From assembly GCF_963921235.1 (NCBI RefSeq), contig NC_086108.1, forward strand, positions 59,460,001-59,524,000: a stretch of 64,000 nucleotides of DNA, read 5' to 3'. The DNA is from Mobula hypostoma (taxonomy: Eukaryota). Below, piece after piece: positions 36,091-48,639 of this stretch. How positions within the stretch are numbered: position 1 is the stretch's first letter; every line of letters begins with the position of its first letter. A model generated the notes under the pieces. It was not told the origin of the DNA and did not search any database. It was given only the letters and a program-made list of their open reading frames with translations. The position numbers were made by a program, and so were the translations under genes.

Positions 36091-38495
36091 TGAATAAAAT
36101 AAAAATAATCATAATAATAAATAAACAAGTAAATGAATTGCGTATCTAGAACAGATGCAAAAAACATGCAAAAATAGAAATACTGTATATTTTAAAAAAA
36201 GTGAGGTAGTGTCCAAAGATTCAATGTCCATTTAGGAATTGGATGGCAGAGGGGAAGAAGCTGTTCCTGAATCGCTGAGTGTGTGCCTTCAGGCTTCTGT
36301 ACCTCCTGCCTGATGGTAACAGTGAGAAAAGGGCATGCCCTGGGTGCTGGAGGTCCTTAATAATGGACGCTGCCTTTCTGAGACACCGCTTCCTAAAGAT
36401 GTCCTGGGTACTGTGTAGGCTGGTACCCAAGATGGAGCTGACTAGATTTACAACCTGCTGCAGCTTTCGGTCCTGTGTAGAAGCCCCTCCATACCAGACA
36501 GTGATGCAGCCTGTCAGAATGCTCAACATGGTACAACTATAGAAGTTTTTGAGTGTATTCATTGACATGCCAAATCTCTTCAAATTCCTAACAAAGTATA
36601 GCCGCTGTCTTGCTTTCTTTATAACTACATCAATATTTTGGGACCAGGTTAGATCCTCAGAGATCTTGACATCTAGGAACTTGAAGCTGCTCACTCTCTC
36701 CACTTCTGATCCCTCTGAGGATTGGTATGTGTTCCTTCATCTTGCCCTTCCTGAAGTCCACAATCAGCTCTTTCATCTTACTGACGTTAAGTGCCAGGTT
36801 GTTGCTGTGGCACCACTCCACTAGCTGACATATCTCACTCCTGTACGACCTCTCGTCACCACCTGAGATTCTATCAACAATGGTTGTATGGCCAGCAAAT
36901 TTATAGATGGTATTTGAGCTATGCGTAGCCACACGGTCATGTGTATGTAGAGAGTAGAGCAGTGGGCTAAGTACACACCCCTGAGGTGCGCCAGTGTTGA
37001 TCGTCAGCGAGGAGGATATGTTATCACCAATCCGCACATTGTGGTCTTCCAGTTAGGAAGTCAAGGATCCAATTGCAGAGGGAGGTACAGAGACCCAGGT
37101 AACTTCTCCATCAGGATTGTGGGAATGATGATATTAAATGCTGAGCTATAGCTGATGAACAGCATCCTGACGTTATGTTGTCCAGGTGGTCTAAAGCTGT
37201 GTGGAAAGCCATTGAGGCTGCATCTGCCGTTGACCTATTATGGTGATAGGCAAATTGTAATGGGTCCAGGTCCCTGCTGAGGCAGGAGTTCAGTCTAGTC
37301 ATTACTAACCTCTCAAAGCATTTCATCACTGTCGATATGAGTGCTACTGGGCGATAGTCATTAAGGCAGCTCACATATTCTTCTTAGGCACTGGTTTAAT
37401 TGTTACCTTTTTGAAGTAAGTGGGAACTTCCAACTGTAACAGTGAGAGGTTGAAAATGTCCTTGAATACTCCCGCTAGTTGGTTGGCACAGATTTTCAGA
37501 GCCTTACTAGGTACTCCATCGTGACCTTCCGGCTTGTGAGGGTTCACTCTCTTTAAAGACAGTCTAACATCGGCCTCTGAGATGGGGATCACAGGGTCAT
37601 CGTGTGTAGCAGGGATCTTCACAACTGTAGTTGTGCTCTCCCTTTCAAAGCGGGCATAGAAGGCGTTGAGTTCATCTGGTAGTGAAGCATCACTGCCATT
37701 CATGCTACTGGGTTTCGCTTTGTAGGAAGTGATGTCTTGCAGACCCTGCCGTGCATTGGTTGCTGTGCATCCAATGTCGCCTCCAAACTAGTTCAAAGGA
37801 AGAGAATCCAAAATGTGAGTCTTACTGGCCTGCACGTATTGCGTGATGACATATGCAATTCCCATATTTTACATGTAACCTGTAATTAATTTTTTAAACA
37901 AACATTGCTTAATCAAAGATATATATATAAGATTACTCAAATATAACTGAAATATTAAATCCATAAGACACAATTGTTTTTGACTTTTTATAGAGTCCAT
38001 GACAACCATGGTGCACTTATTCAAATCCACAGGTGATTCCATGAACGTGGCCCAGCCACTGACTTGACGCAATCCCATAGCCACTCCTCTGCATTCCACG
38101 ACCACCTCTTTGTTGTCCTAATCTCTGGACCCTCTGCTTGTATGCAGGTAGGAGAAGGGCAGCCAAGTGATCAGATCTCCCAAAATGCAGTCTGGACAAG
38201 GAACGGTAGGCAAACCTTGTCTTCGTACAGCAGTGAACTAGTATGTTGGGACCTCTAGTGCTATGGGTTATCTGCTGTTGGTAATTGGGCAGGGATTTCT
38301 TCAAAGAAGCCTGATTGAAATCCTTGATTTTGATCTGAAATGTGTCAGGGTAGGCTGTTTCTTGTTTGAAGACGGCATCATGCAGTATCTCAAGTGCTTG
38401 ATTATAGTTGGCTACTGGTGGTATGTAAACTGCTGTAAGGATTACGGAGGAGAATTCGCTTGGCATTTGATCATTAGATGTTCAAGGTCAGGGGA
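36091..38495 (-). mobile_element. Rex1/Babar LINE from APE C-terminus to 3' UTR
   Basis: [82 protein letters not shown]. Confidence 0.95.
37797..37970 (-). mobile_element. Partial copy of the 517-755 solo-LTR-like element inside Rex1
   Basis: Shared blocks TTTTACAT.TA..CTG.AAT, GCTTAATCAAA and ACTGAAATATTAAAT. Confidence 0.6.
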
Positions 38496-39699
38496 ACACA
38501 AGTCATTAATTTCAGGGATTTCATTGCCTGCCATCCTCTTCTTTTAATATGTCATTAACACATGCCAACAACAGGGGGCAATTAAATATACTATTACTGT
38601 TAAACTTTTTACAAAGAAAGACATAAACCTCTCCCAAGAGTTGACTGAAAATTAATTGTTTCAGAGCAGGGGCATTGTTAAGCAGATACATCAGTTCTCC
38701 AGACACTAACTTATGTTTTTGGAAGCCGCTCAGCTGCTACTGTCAGACACTTCCTGGTGACCATGGAATTTTGACCTTATCCATTACAAAGAACAGAATG
38801 GGTTCTGTCAGGAGTTTCCTGTGTTTTGAAAATGTGACAGAGGAGCAGCAGAAACCATTAAAGAATGCCATGCCAACAAAAAAGAAGTAAGCAAAAGAGG
38901 AAAAGCTGGTACACCTTCAGAGATATAGTCCCTGCACCCTCTTGCCTTCTCGCCAGCTCCAATTATTTCATACTACGTTTGACTGCCTTGAAAAATTCGT
39001 TTGAATCCAAGGTGACTTCATGAGGTATCACCTACACGTCAAATAATAGTCAAATTAAAGTGCTTAAGGCTTATGAAACATTAGATATTTTATCCTTCTC
39101 CTTACTTAAACACCCACTTGAGTTTATTCCTTTATATTAAACAGGTCAGACAGAACATTGAGATTCTCGATCTTACACTATTAAGGAAGCACAACTATTT
39201 TCACAACGTTTAGAGCAGTAGCATTGCAAGGAGACATTCGTTCAGTATTTCAGCCAAAATGCAACAGGAGAAAGTGGGGCTCTGCCAGGGTGTTACACAT
39301 CTTGAAATGAGTAATACGCCAGTTGACTGGGCAAGAGTTAACTTGTAATCAGACTGAAGCAATGGGAAGTAAACATCCCAAAGTAAATGAGGTTCGAGGC
39401 GAATGTTGAATATGGGAAATGGACTGTGATAAGGAAGGAACTGTAGGTGTGTGGCTGTGTGTGCTTAATGTTATAGAATTGACATGTAAACTTGAGACCA
39501 CAACACCCTGTGGTTATTTTAGATGGTTATTCAGGTAATGGGGAAAATGTGCTCTTGCTTGTCTCAAATCAGCCATGATCAAATGGTGGAGTTGACTCAA
39601 TGGGCCAAATGGCCTAATTTTCTCCTATGCTTTATGATTTTAAGAAGATGCTCCAGGGGAGGTTGGGAGGGGTGATAGTTGAGTGTTTCCTTTCACCAA

Positions 39700-39940
39700 A
39701 AAGGAAAAGGGCAGTGGGTGGTTGGGAAGAGCACTATTTACAGGTTCCCCTCCAAGTCACGTATCATCCTGATTTGGAAATACATTGCTGGTCCTTTACA
39801 GTCACTGAGTATAAATCCTGGAACACCTTACTATTGGAGTCCCTTCACCAGAAGGACAGTTAGAGTTCAAAGAGGGTGCCTCACCTTATTCCTGTTTTCA
39901 GGGACTATAACAATTCACAATAAATGCCGGCTTTGACATT
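39700..39940 (+). mobile_element. 3' end of an ancient CR1-group LINE (same family as 46160-47020)
   Basis: AGGTTCCCCTCCAAGTCAC...ATCCTGA.TTGGAAAT and GTTCAA...AATAAATGC.GGC are shared with 46560-47010. Confidence 0.6.
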
Positions 39941-40621
39941 GTAAAAAATAAACAAACAGAATGAAAGGTACGGGTGCAAGTTCAGAAAATAAGTTTGAAA
40001 TTGTGCATCCCTAAAGGATGGACATAAAGTTGTTAAAGAATTTAGTTTTGATGAGGGAAATATTATATAGTTTGGCACAGTTATTTCATCGGCAGTAATG
40101 GATGACTGGGTAAGTTGTGTGACAGGCATTCAAATCTGGAAGCACAAGAGACTGCAGATGGTGGAGTCTGGAGCAAAATCAAACGAACTATTTCTGCTTG
40201 ACCCTCTGAGTTTGTTTTTTTATTCAAATCTGAAACCCTCACATTATGTGTTTCAGGAATAAGTACAATAACAGAGATAGACCTGAATTACAAAAACACA
40301 ATCAAAGCAACTGCTAAGAGCTTGACAAAATTAGCAGGTGGAGAACGAAGAAAGTGTTCACAGCTACAGCACCTGCTGAAGAGGGGCTGATAAGGAAACG
40401 CTCAGAAAGGGATGTTGAGAATAGTGGTAGGGAAGATGACTTGCACATATGATCTCTAATGCCAGATGCATATTGTTTAGGCATTGGGCAAGATCAAAAA
40501 GTTGACAAAGGTTCACTAGTCCAGTTTGTACAGCAGCTCTCTCACATGTCCAGTGATCCAGGTTCAGTTCTAAACTCCACTGATGTCCGCATGGAATTTT
40601 CGCAAGCTCCCACTACCTATT

Positions 40622-40932
40622 AAATGCTCCCAATGGTGTGTATCTCAAAAAGCTTCTGACAACCACGTCCAGCTCCTGGCCTTCACATGTGGTTTAACTA
40701 CTAAGCACGGAGGAAAGGATTTTTCTGACAGCAGAAGGGGCAAAGGTGGGTACTGGTGCTTCAGGCAGGTGGGGCTCGTCAGCTGTGGTTGGCAGCACAT
40801 CTCGGAGAAGGAAAACTCTGATCTCAAACCTCCGCTGCCTTGTGGCTATACCCACTCAAAGGGAAGGCTTTGGGAGTAAACCCCAAGGAAAAATCCGGAG
40901 CTGAAGTCCTTAAAACATAGGCATGATGCTGA
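40622..40932 (+). mobile_element. Non-coding element resembling RTE/Vingi-group 5' UTR
   Basis: GGGGCTCGTCAGC...GGCAGC.CATCT.GGAGAAGGAAAACTCTGATCTCAAACC motif recalled from such elements. Confidence 0.45.
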
Positions 40933-40934
40933 TT

Positions 40935-41175
40935 TATATTATTTAGAGATAGAGCACAGTAACAGGCCCTGCTGGCCCAAGGAGCCTGCACCCATGTGAC
41001 CAATCACCCTACTAACTAGTATGTCTTTGGAATTTGGGATGAAACTGGAGCTCCTGGGTGAAACCCGTAAGGTCAGCTGGAGAACATACAAAAGCTCCTT
41101 ACATGTGGCATTGGTAATTGAACCAGGATCACTTGCATTGCAATAGCATTACGTTAACCACTACAACACCGTACA
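40935..41175 (-). mobile_element. V-SINE (HE1-like)
   Basis: Reverse complement has A box TAGTGGTTAACG, B box GGTTCAATT.CC, V-domain and GGGCC..CAGGGCCTGTTACTGTGCT tail. Confidence 0.8.
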
Positions 41176-41329
41176 CCTCCTTCGATGTCATAAGGAATTA
41201 TGAAATAGACAATATGGTGAGATCCAGGTAAATGAGGTGAAATTGAGTGCGGACATGAATCATCCAGATTTAATGATAAAGTGCTCTTGATGTTAAATTA
41301 AAACAAAAATTAGTAAAGATACAGTGGAC

Positions 41330-41937
41330 AGTATCCTGGCCAGTTGAATCAGATCCTACTCTGGAAACACCAATGTCCAGCAATGGAAAACTCTACAGAA
41401 AGTGGTGGATACACCTCAGTTCATTGTAGGCAATGCTCTGCCTACTACTGGGCACATAATGGGATGAATGGCTTAATCCTGCTCCTGTGTCTTATGGTCT
41501 TACTGACAAGGAGCACTGTCACAAGATAGGCACCCCCTCAACCAGGCCACACGCTTTTCTTGCTACCGCCATTGAGCAAGAGGTACAGGAGTCTTAGGTC
41601 CAACACCACCAGGTTCAGGAACAATTATTGCCCTACAACTATCAGGCTCCTGAACTAGAATGGATGACATCACTCACCTCACTTCCAAACTGATTCCTCA
41701 ATCTACAGACTCACTTTCAGGGACTCTGCAATTCATGTTCTTCATCTTATTTTCTTGCACAATTTGTCTTTTGCACATTGGATGCCTTACAGTCATTGTT
41801 TATGCACTGTTTTTTCATAAGTTGTATTGTATTTCTTTATATTTCTGTAAATGCCGGCAAGAAAATAAATGGCAAGGTGGTACATAGTGACATAGCCATA
41901 CTTTGATAATACATTTACTTTGAATTTGACTTTGAAT
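41330..41937 (+). mobile_element. Rex1 3' fragment (with a short CR1 tail at about 41460-41500)
   Basis: QPGHTLFLLPPLSKRYRSLRSNTTRFRN and tail CATACTTTGATAATACATTTACTTTGAA. Confidence 0.75.
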
Positions 41938-43246
41938 CAGTTTGGTCCAATTGTCAGAAACAGGAGAAAAGTTAGGAGAACTTAACATAGAATTCTTGTA
42001 GGAATTAGATTTCACACATAATTGGATCATACCATACAAAGAATTAGATGATCTTTGGTGGACTGCAATTAATTGTAATCCATTTTATAGGTATCCTAAA
42101 TAGGTCTGTAATCACCTTATTTTCTGGACTGTGGAGACATTGAATTCTTGAAATGTGGAGAGCTGGTGTAAGGATTCTCCAAAGAAGTAATGGGTCTGAT
42201 GAAAGTTAATTGATCTGAAAATGCTAACTCTGTTCTTGTCACCACAAAGGCAACCTTTTGAATGTTTCCAGCATTTTCTGTCTTCTGTTGACATTGAAAT
42301 TCTTGGTGCTGTTCTTTCATTCATGTCCTTACTTGGATTAGGGGTGGTTATAATACTTCTCTTCAACCGAAGTAGGGAAACTTTGCCAGGAGTTTCCCTG
42401 TTGATTGCCAGAAATAGAAAATATGCTAATACCCTGGTAGCTGCCCAAGTAAGTAGATATTTTTCTCTTCCTGGTTATGCTGCCTAGCTTCTTGGCCAGA
42501 GAGGGTATTGTGAAAGCAATTGGCACTGATTATGAGTCCTGACATAACAATATCAATATAATGAAAATATCTACACAGGACCTTTTCACACCTCCCCCCC
42601 CACCCCCCAGAATACATATCTCCTCAACCTCCAAGAGTGCAAAATCTCCACTTCCACTACAAAACACCTTCTTGTGTCCGGATGACAAGGACTCCCCTTA
42701 TCTAGAACAAACAGTGATTACAGCTCCACCTAAGATGCCTATCCTGAAGTTATTTGGGAGTCTTGGAATACCTGCCTGTAATCTGGTATTGGCTTTCAAG
42801 GGGGCAACTATAAATTCCACTGGTCCAGAAATACTTGCTCAGAAACAGCAAACAATGATTAGTTTATCTATCCACAGATCTAATATAGTTTCCATATTGT
42901 GCCAATACAAAATTTGCATTACAACTGTTTTGGCAAATAGGTTTAGACGTATGTATATTTCACACAGTATTTGCCTTACACCAGCTAAAGTTCATCTGTA
43001 ACCAACATAAAGAAGGAAAATAAGTAGTTATATTTACAAATGTCCTGATCAAATCTCTCATAAGAATTCCAAAGCATTTCATGCGTGTTGAGTCTTTGAA
43101 GTGCAGTGGCTGTTCTGTGGACAAGCATACAGCTAATTGGGCTGAAGCAGGAGACATGGACATGTGATTACAAAAAAACATATGAGGTGAAGGAAGATCA
43201 CTCAACTCATCTGGAAGAACCTTTCAGTTCCCACTCTACTCTGTGA

Positions 43247-45021
43247 AATTAGATTCTGATTAATTAGGCCATCAGTTATTTGGTGCAGCCGCTTATTTAG
43301 GATAAATCTTAAACAAAAAGTATTTGAGGGAGTAGCCTGGATTCCCTTAATTTATTTGGAGCACTGTTCCATTTAATTGGGTAGGAGACTGTTGCTGAGC
43401 AGTTTCTAACTAGTGTCAGTCATATGCAGTAGCATGACTGTTAGACAATACATCATGCTTAGAGCAAATAGTTTTGAAATAGCGCCAGTTGTGTGTGTTT
43501 GTGTTCAAAAACAGCTATTTTTTTTTGTCACTGATAGTTGGAGAGAAATAACCAAAAAGCCAATTCAGAACTGTTTTGCTTACTGCAGTTTCAAGCATTT
43601 AGGCTTGGAGATGTGATGAACAGCTGTGAGTGAAAATGAAATGATTTCACTACTTCAGTGAATTAGGAACTAAGAAGAATTTGAAGGTAGTGAAAAATGC
43701 TTTAAATGTTACAGTGAAAATAAGATTTGGAAGAATCATTCATCAACATGTTATAGGAAAGCAGACTATTATCTGCACTGGGGTCTGCGCTGATTATGTT
43801 CATTTACAATCAAAATAACGCGATGCAAATGAATTCTTCCACCCATAACTATTAGGAAATTATACACAGTATTATAGTACTGTAGTAGTATTGGTAGTGT
43901 TCTGATCTGTTTCGTATTTCATTCAAATACGTTATTTGTTACTCAGCTTGTCTTTTTTTATAACTTTTTAACTATTTCCGTGAAGCTTCAGCTAATTGGG
44001 GCAGCCATTTAATTGGGTCAAAATGCGCTGAACCCGATATGTTCAAAGTTCAAAGTACATTTATTATCAAAGAATATGTAAGTCATACAACCTTGAGAAT
44101 TGTTTGCTTACAGGTAGCCACAAAGCAAGAAACCCAGAAGAACCCAACTAAAGAAGAAAAAAATAAAAATAAAAGACCACCACCTGATACACAAGAAAAA
44201 GAACAAAAAACACATCGTGCAAACAATTGAAACAAACAACAACAATCTGAACCAAAAATTAAATCCTCAGACCCAAATCCCGGAGCAGGCCAAAGCCTCG
44301 CTTATCAGTTCATCATATTAGTAGGCATGGAGTACAACAACTGGGGCAGTCTTCATAGCCTCAGCGTCATAGAGGAACAGGAGAGACCATCGCAGAGAAT
44401 GAACAAAATCCCAACACCCTGTCTTTGCAGTCTATCTGGGCCAGCGAATGGCTCTGGTGCACTGGAGAGTGGAGAGAACATCGTGGAGAGCAAGCAAAAT
44501 CAGCCTGTGCCTCTGATCTGGGCCGGTGTTTAAATTGTCTAGGCATCGCGTCATACCTCACACTAGGACCCAGGCACCACTGCTGCCAAAGGCTCCAGGC
44601 CTAGACCATACCTCCCAGCGACTTGCTCCAAGCCCAGCCTGAAGCTGCTCTCAAGCTCTTCAAACCAGCTCGGTACCCAGAGCAATCCAACCTTACACAT
44701 GAGCCAGTTGTGCAGGTACTGAATCTCCTCTGCCCTGGCCCTGATTTCTCCTTTTGGTGCCCAGAGGGAGCCAACCTTGCTCCCAGGCCAGCTGTACGGG
44801 CATTGGAACTCCAACAGCATCGATTCGCAACACACCGCCCCAACAATTCCCCTGAACTCGCCTCGACATTCACCACTTCGCTATTTGTGGCGATAATTCA
44901 GCACAATTTATCTCAGAAAAGGTATTTTTAGTTATGTTTTTAGTCATATTTTTTAGCTTTGTGACTACCAGAAAGCTGTCACACACATTTGGTAGTGCCA
45001 TCTTAACCGAAGTCCACTTTA
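43247..45021 (+). mobile_element. Second Tigger/pogo-type MITE copy, right end split by an insertion at 44042-45005
   Basis: 43250-44041 is colinear with 17373-17943 plus 19162-19395. TTAACCGAAGTCCACTTTA at 45003-45021 resembles the right TIR. Confidence 0.75.
44042..45005 (-). mobile_element. Non-autonomous element with a Rex1-type tail
   Basis: Minus-strand head TAAGATGGCAC, tail (TTCAAAG)n TACATTTATTATCAAAG on the plus strand, no RT motifs. Confidence 0.65.
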
Positions 45022-45817
45022 ATTCCAAAATATTTATGCCCATTATTCTGTCTGGTATTCAATTCAAAGAACCATATTGCACAGAAGGAAGTCATTCAAT
45101 CTTTCAGATTTTTCCTGTCCCACTTTAAGACGGCAATGCATTTATGTAGGTGTATTTTTTTCCATTTCATGTATTCATTGAATTCTCTTTTGAAAGGCAC
45201 TCTTGTCAATTTTCACCACACTATTAAAGCATGCATCCAAATCTTGCTCGTTTTATAAAAAAGTATTTCACCTCAAAATAATTTGCTGGGCTCTGCCTAC
45301 TGCTCTGTCATCATTGAAACCATTTTTTTCCATTTGCTTTAATAAAATGTTCATGTTTTTCAACATTTCCATCAAATCTTCTCTTACCCTTTACAGCTCT
45401 AAGGAGAGCAACTCAGCATCCCCCATCTATTCATATAACAATAATTCTCTCCCCTTGGAACCATACTGGTAAGTCTCTTCTATATTCCTTCCAAAGCCTA
45501 CTCATTTTATTAGAAGTTAATCACCATCTGATGGAAGAAGATCCAAATGTCAGCGTTATCATAATCTTTTATTAACTTGGACCAGTGTCACCTTATATTC
45601 ATATATCAAAAAGCTGCAGTCCATTTTATCCTTTCTATACAATTTACCTCTATTTTATGTTATCATTTCTACACTACATTGATCTACAAAATCACTCCTA
45701 TTAGCTGTCTTCTTTACAAGCTGAAAAGCACTTTAGTGTGAAATTTGGATAAATAGGTGCCTATTGTTTGTGAGTAAAATATGTGTTTTAGGTACTGTTG
45801 TAGCATGTTGAAAAGCA

Positions 45818-46080
45818 AAGAAAAAAAGAAACTGCAGATGCTGGAAATCTGCAAAAAAAGAACAGAACATGTTGGAAATACTCAACAGGTCAGGTAGCAG
45901 CAGTGGAGAATGAACAGGGTTAACACTTGAAGTTGATGATTTTTCCTCAGAACTAAGATCAGTTAGAAAACAAGCCTGAGGCAGGGAAATTTTGGAAAGA
46001 AGAAAGGGACAGTCCATGATAGAGCAAAGACAAATAAAGAGCAAAAACAAATAAAAACAAAATGACATTGATGAAATTGA
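45818..46080 (-). mobile_element. Penelope terminal relic
   Basis: CTGCAGATGCTGGAAATCT...TACTCAACAGGTCAGGTAGCA. Confidence 0.65.
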
Positions 46081-46159
46081 TGTCAAAGTTTCTAACCACC
46101 TACCTCCAAATGTAACATTCAGAAGCACTGTTGTTGCTGAATCCACTCAGTCAATATCC

Positions 46160-47020
46160 TGGGATCTGCATTGACCAGGAACTCAATGATCAAACTATAT
46201 AAATGCTGTGCTATATGTGCAGGTCAGAAATTGTATATTTTGTGACAAGTGACTAATCCCCCCACAACCCCAAAACTTTCCATCATCTACAAGACACAAG
46301 TCAGAAATGAAATGGAAGATTCTCCACCTACCCTAGTAAGTACATTTCCAAAGAAGCTCGACATCATTCAAGACAAAGAAACCAACTTGATTGACATACC
46401 AGTCACCACCCTGAATATTCAATCCTATCAGTGCATGGTTGTTGCAGTATGCGTCATTTACAAACTACTCTGCACCTTCTCAACCAGGCTATCTTAACAA
46501 AACCTTCCAAACCTGCATTCTCTCAACCAAGAAAGATAAAGGCTGCAAGTACATGAGAACATCAGTACCTTCAGGGTCCTCTCAAAATTTCGCACCATCC
46601 TAACTTGGAAATGCTTTACATATTTTTAATTTTGCTTTATCTGTTCTCATGACTGAAGGCATTTAGCTTGGTGAGTCTAGGCCAACTCTCAGAATTATCA
46701 CATTTTTTCCATTTTTGCATAATTGCTCTCATAATGTAATTGGGAAGGGAGCTCCAGAATTTAGACCCGACAACGCCAAAGGTGTGTTAATATGTCATTA
46801 GAAGTGAATGAATTCCTTGCAACCGAGTCACTTTTAATGGTATGTTAGTATGCATTTGTTATTGTTGGGTATAATTTCTGAAGCTCCCTTCTCATTTACA
46901 TTATGAGTGACCTTCATGAGAAGGACTACATTGATTCAAGAAGGCAGCTCATTACTGCCCTCCTATAAGCATTTTAAGATGGCCAATAAATGCTGGCTTG
47001 CTGGTGATGGCTACATCCTC
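46160..47020 (+). mobile_element. Ancient CR1-group LINE C-terminal relic
   Basis: LSIIYKTQVRNEMEDSP...KKLDIIQDKETNLI resembles LY.AQVRS.MEYS...LD.IQ.KA.RLI. Confidence 0.65.
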
Positions 47021-47627
47021 CCAAAGTTATTATATTAAGAATAATCTGCGGATGGGTGGAAGTCACAAGCAGCTGTTCTGTTTAATTTTGCCAAGGGAAC
47101 AAACTCATGGATACTGAAGGTCCATTGTCATGATAACAGACTTATTTAGCTTTAGAGAGGTTTAGAATCACATCCTTTCACCTTCAAGAGTCAAGTATTG
47201 TAAACAACATTCGATACGGGCTGTTAATCAGCTTTCCTGAGGGAGATACCTAAAATACTGTAATGAGATGAGAAAACTTTTATAGGCCTCACTGCCTTTA
47301 TGCTTCGTTAAGTACAGTACATAGCTATTCTACTGATTTTCTCTCTGTCTCAGAGGAACTGACAAGCAAATAAGATGTTGTCAATCCTCTTAGTATGCAG
47401 CTAAATTGGGTAATAAATGAAAAACATGAAATTAAGGCCCAAATGATATATCTATGGGAGAAATAAAAAGATAAGTTACAGGAAGCCTATAGAATATTGT
47501 TTATTCCTAAGATAAATAGGTAATAAAATTATGACTTGTGATATTTGAAAAATGTTTCATACATACGACGACAGCTAGTTCTGCCTGCATGAAATATCTG
47601 CAGGAGGGGCAAACTAAAAGAGCACCA

Positions 47628-47750
47628 TAAGCACAAGAAGTTTTCAGATGCTGGAAATCTTGAGCAACACACAGAAAATTCTGGAGGAAGTCAGCAAGTC
47701 TGGCAGAATTTATATGGGGGAGATCAAACATTCAGCATTTTAGACCAAAA
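47628..47750 (-). mobile_element. Penelope terminal relic
   Basis: CACAAGAAG...CAGATGCTGGAAATCTTGAGCAACACACAGAAAATTCTGGAGGAA matches 3674-3730. Confidence 0.75.
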
Positions 47751-48349
47751 CATAGCACCACTTTCAAGAAGTAACTTTCAGCACCTGGAACAAGTTATGT
47801 CAATACTTCATTGATCCACAATATCCTGTTAGATAAGCAAAGATTCTATGACACTCTGATTGGCTGTAATGCAGAATTATCAGTGCATACCTTCCAACTC
47901 CAGAACCTATGGTTGACGCCAAAGAAGACTTTTGCTCTTATTTTCAGAAATCCTTGGCATGAGTCCCAGTGGAAGCAAAGCTGAAACTTCAAAGATTAGA
48001 CATAGTGCTCTGGTGGAATACAATTGCAAGAAGAGCAGAGAAAGCTTCCTTCCAAAGTGAGAGTCTTCCTCCCAGAAAAATGCTTAGTAGATAATTTTAT
48101 CTTAACATTACCCTATTTCATCAAAGAGAAGAACAAGAGAACTTATGGCAATAACCAACCATTGACATCTGCTATATTTCACTATTGTCTGAGACCACAA
48201 AGGGATATAGATCACTCATACCATGGTATGTTGAAAATTGCTGGGTACATGATTACTATAACCTTGTTGGTCTTCTCCTCAGCCCTTAAACAGTGCTTTT
48301 AACAGAACTGCTGCTCCAGCAAAGTCATTGTCAAAGGACCTAGCAAAAA

Positions 48350-48555
48350 TTATTTATTTATTATTTAGAGATACAGACACAGGTCCTTCTGGCCCAGTGA
48401 ATCAATTAACCCTAACTGATACATTGTTGGAATGTGGGAGGAAACCTATGCAGTCATTGGAGAACCTACAAGCCCCTTACAGACAGCAGCAGAATTGAAC
48501 CTGGTCACTGGTGATGTAAAGCGTTCTGCTAATCCCTATGGTACAGTGCTGCTAA
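48350..48555 (-). mobile_element. V-SINE (HE1-like), internally deleted
   Basis: (TTTA)n GAGATACAG tail, GGAATGTGGGAGGAAACC V-domain and GAATTGAACC B box, all antisense. Confidence 0.78.
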
Positions 48556-48639
48556 AGCAGTATTCTGTCAGTGCCTGAAAAACCACTTGACTAGCACCAT
48601 CCAACTAAGCCACTGCATGTCCACAGTGCCTGGTTTACC

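Noticed and set aside
38566..38585. CTCF-like ACAACAGGGGGCAAT
   Set aside because: Several mismatches to the core, and expected by chance in 64 kb.
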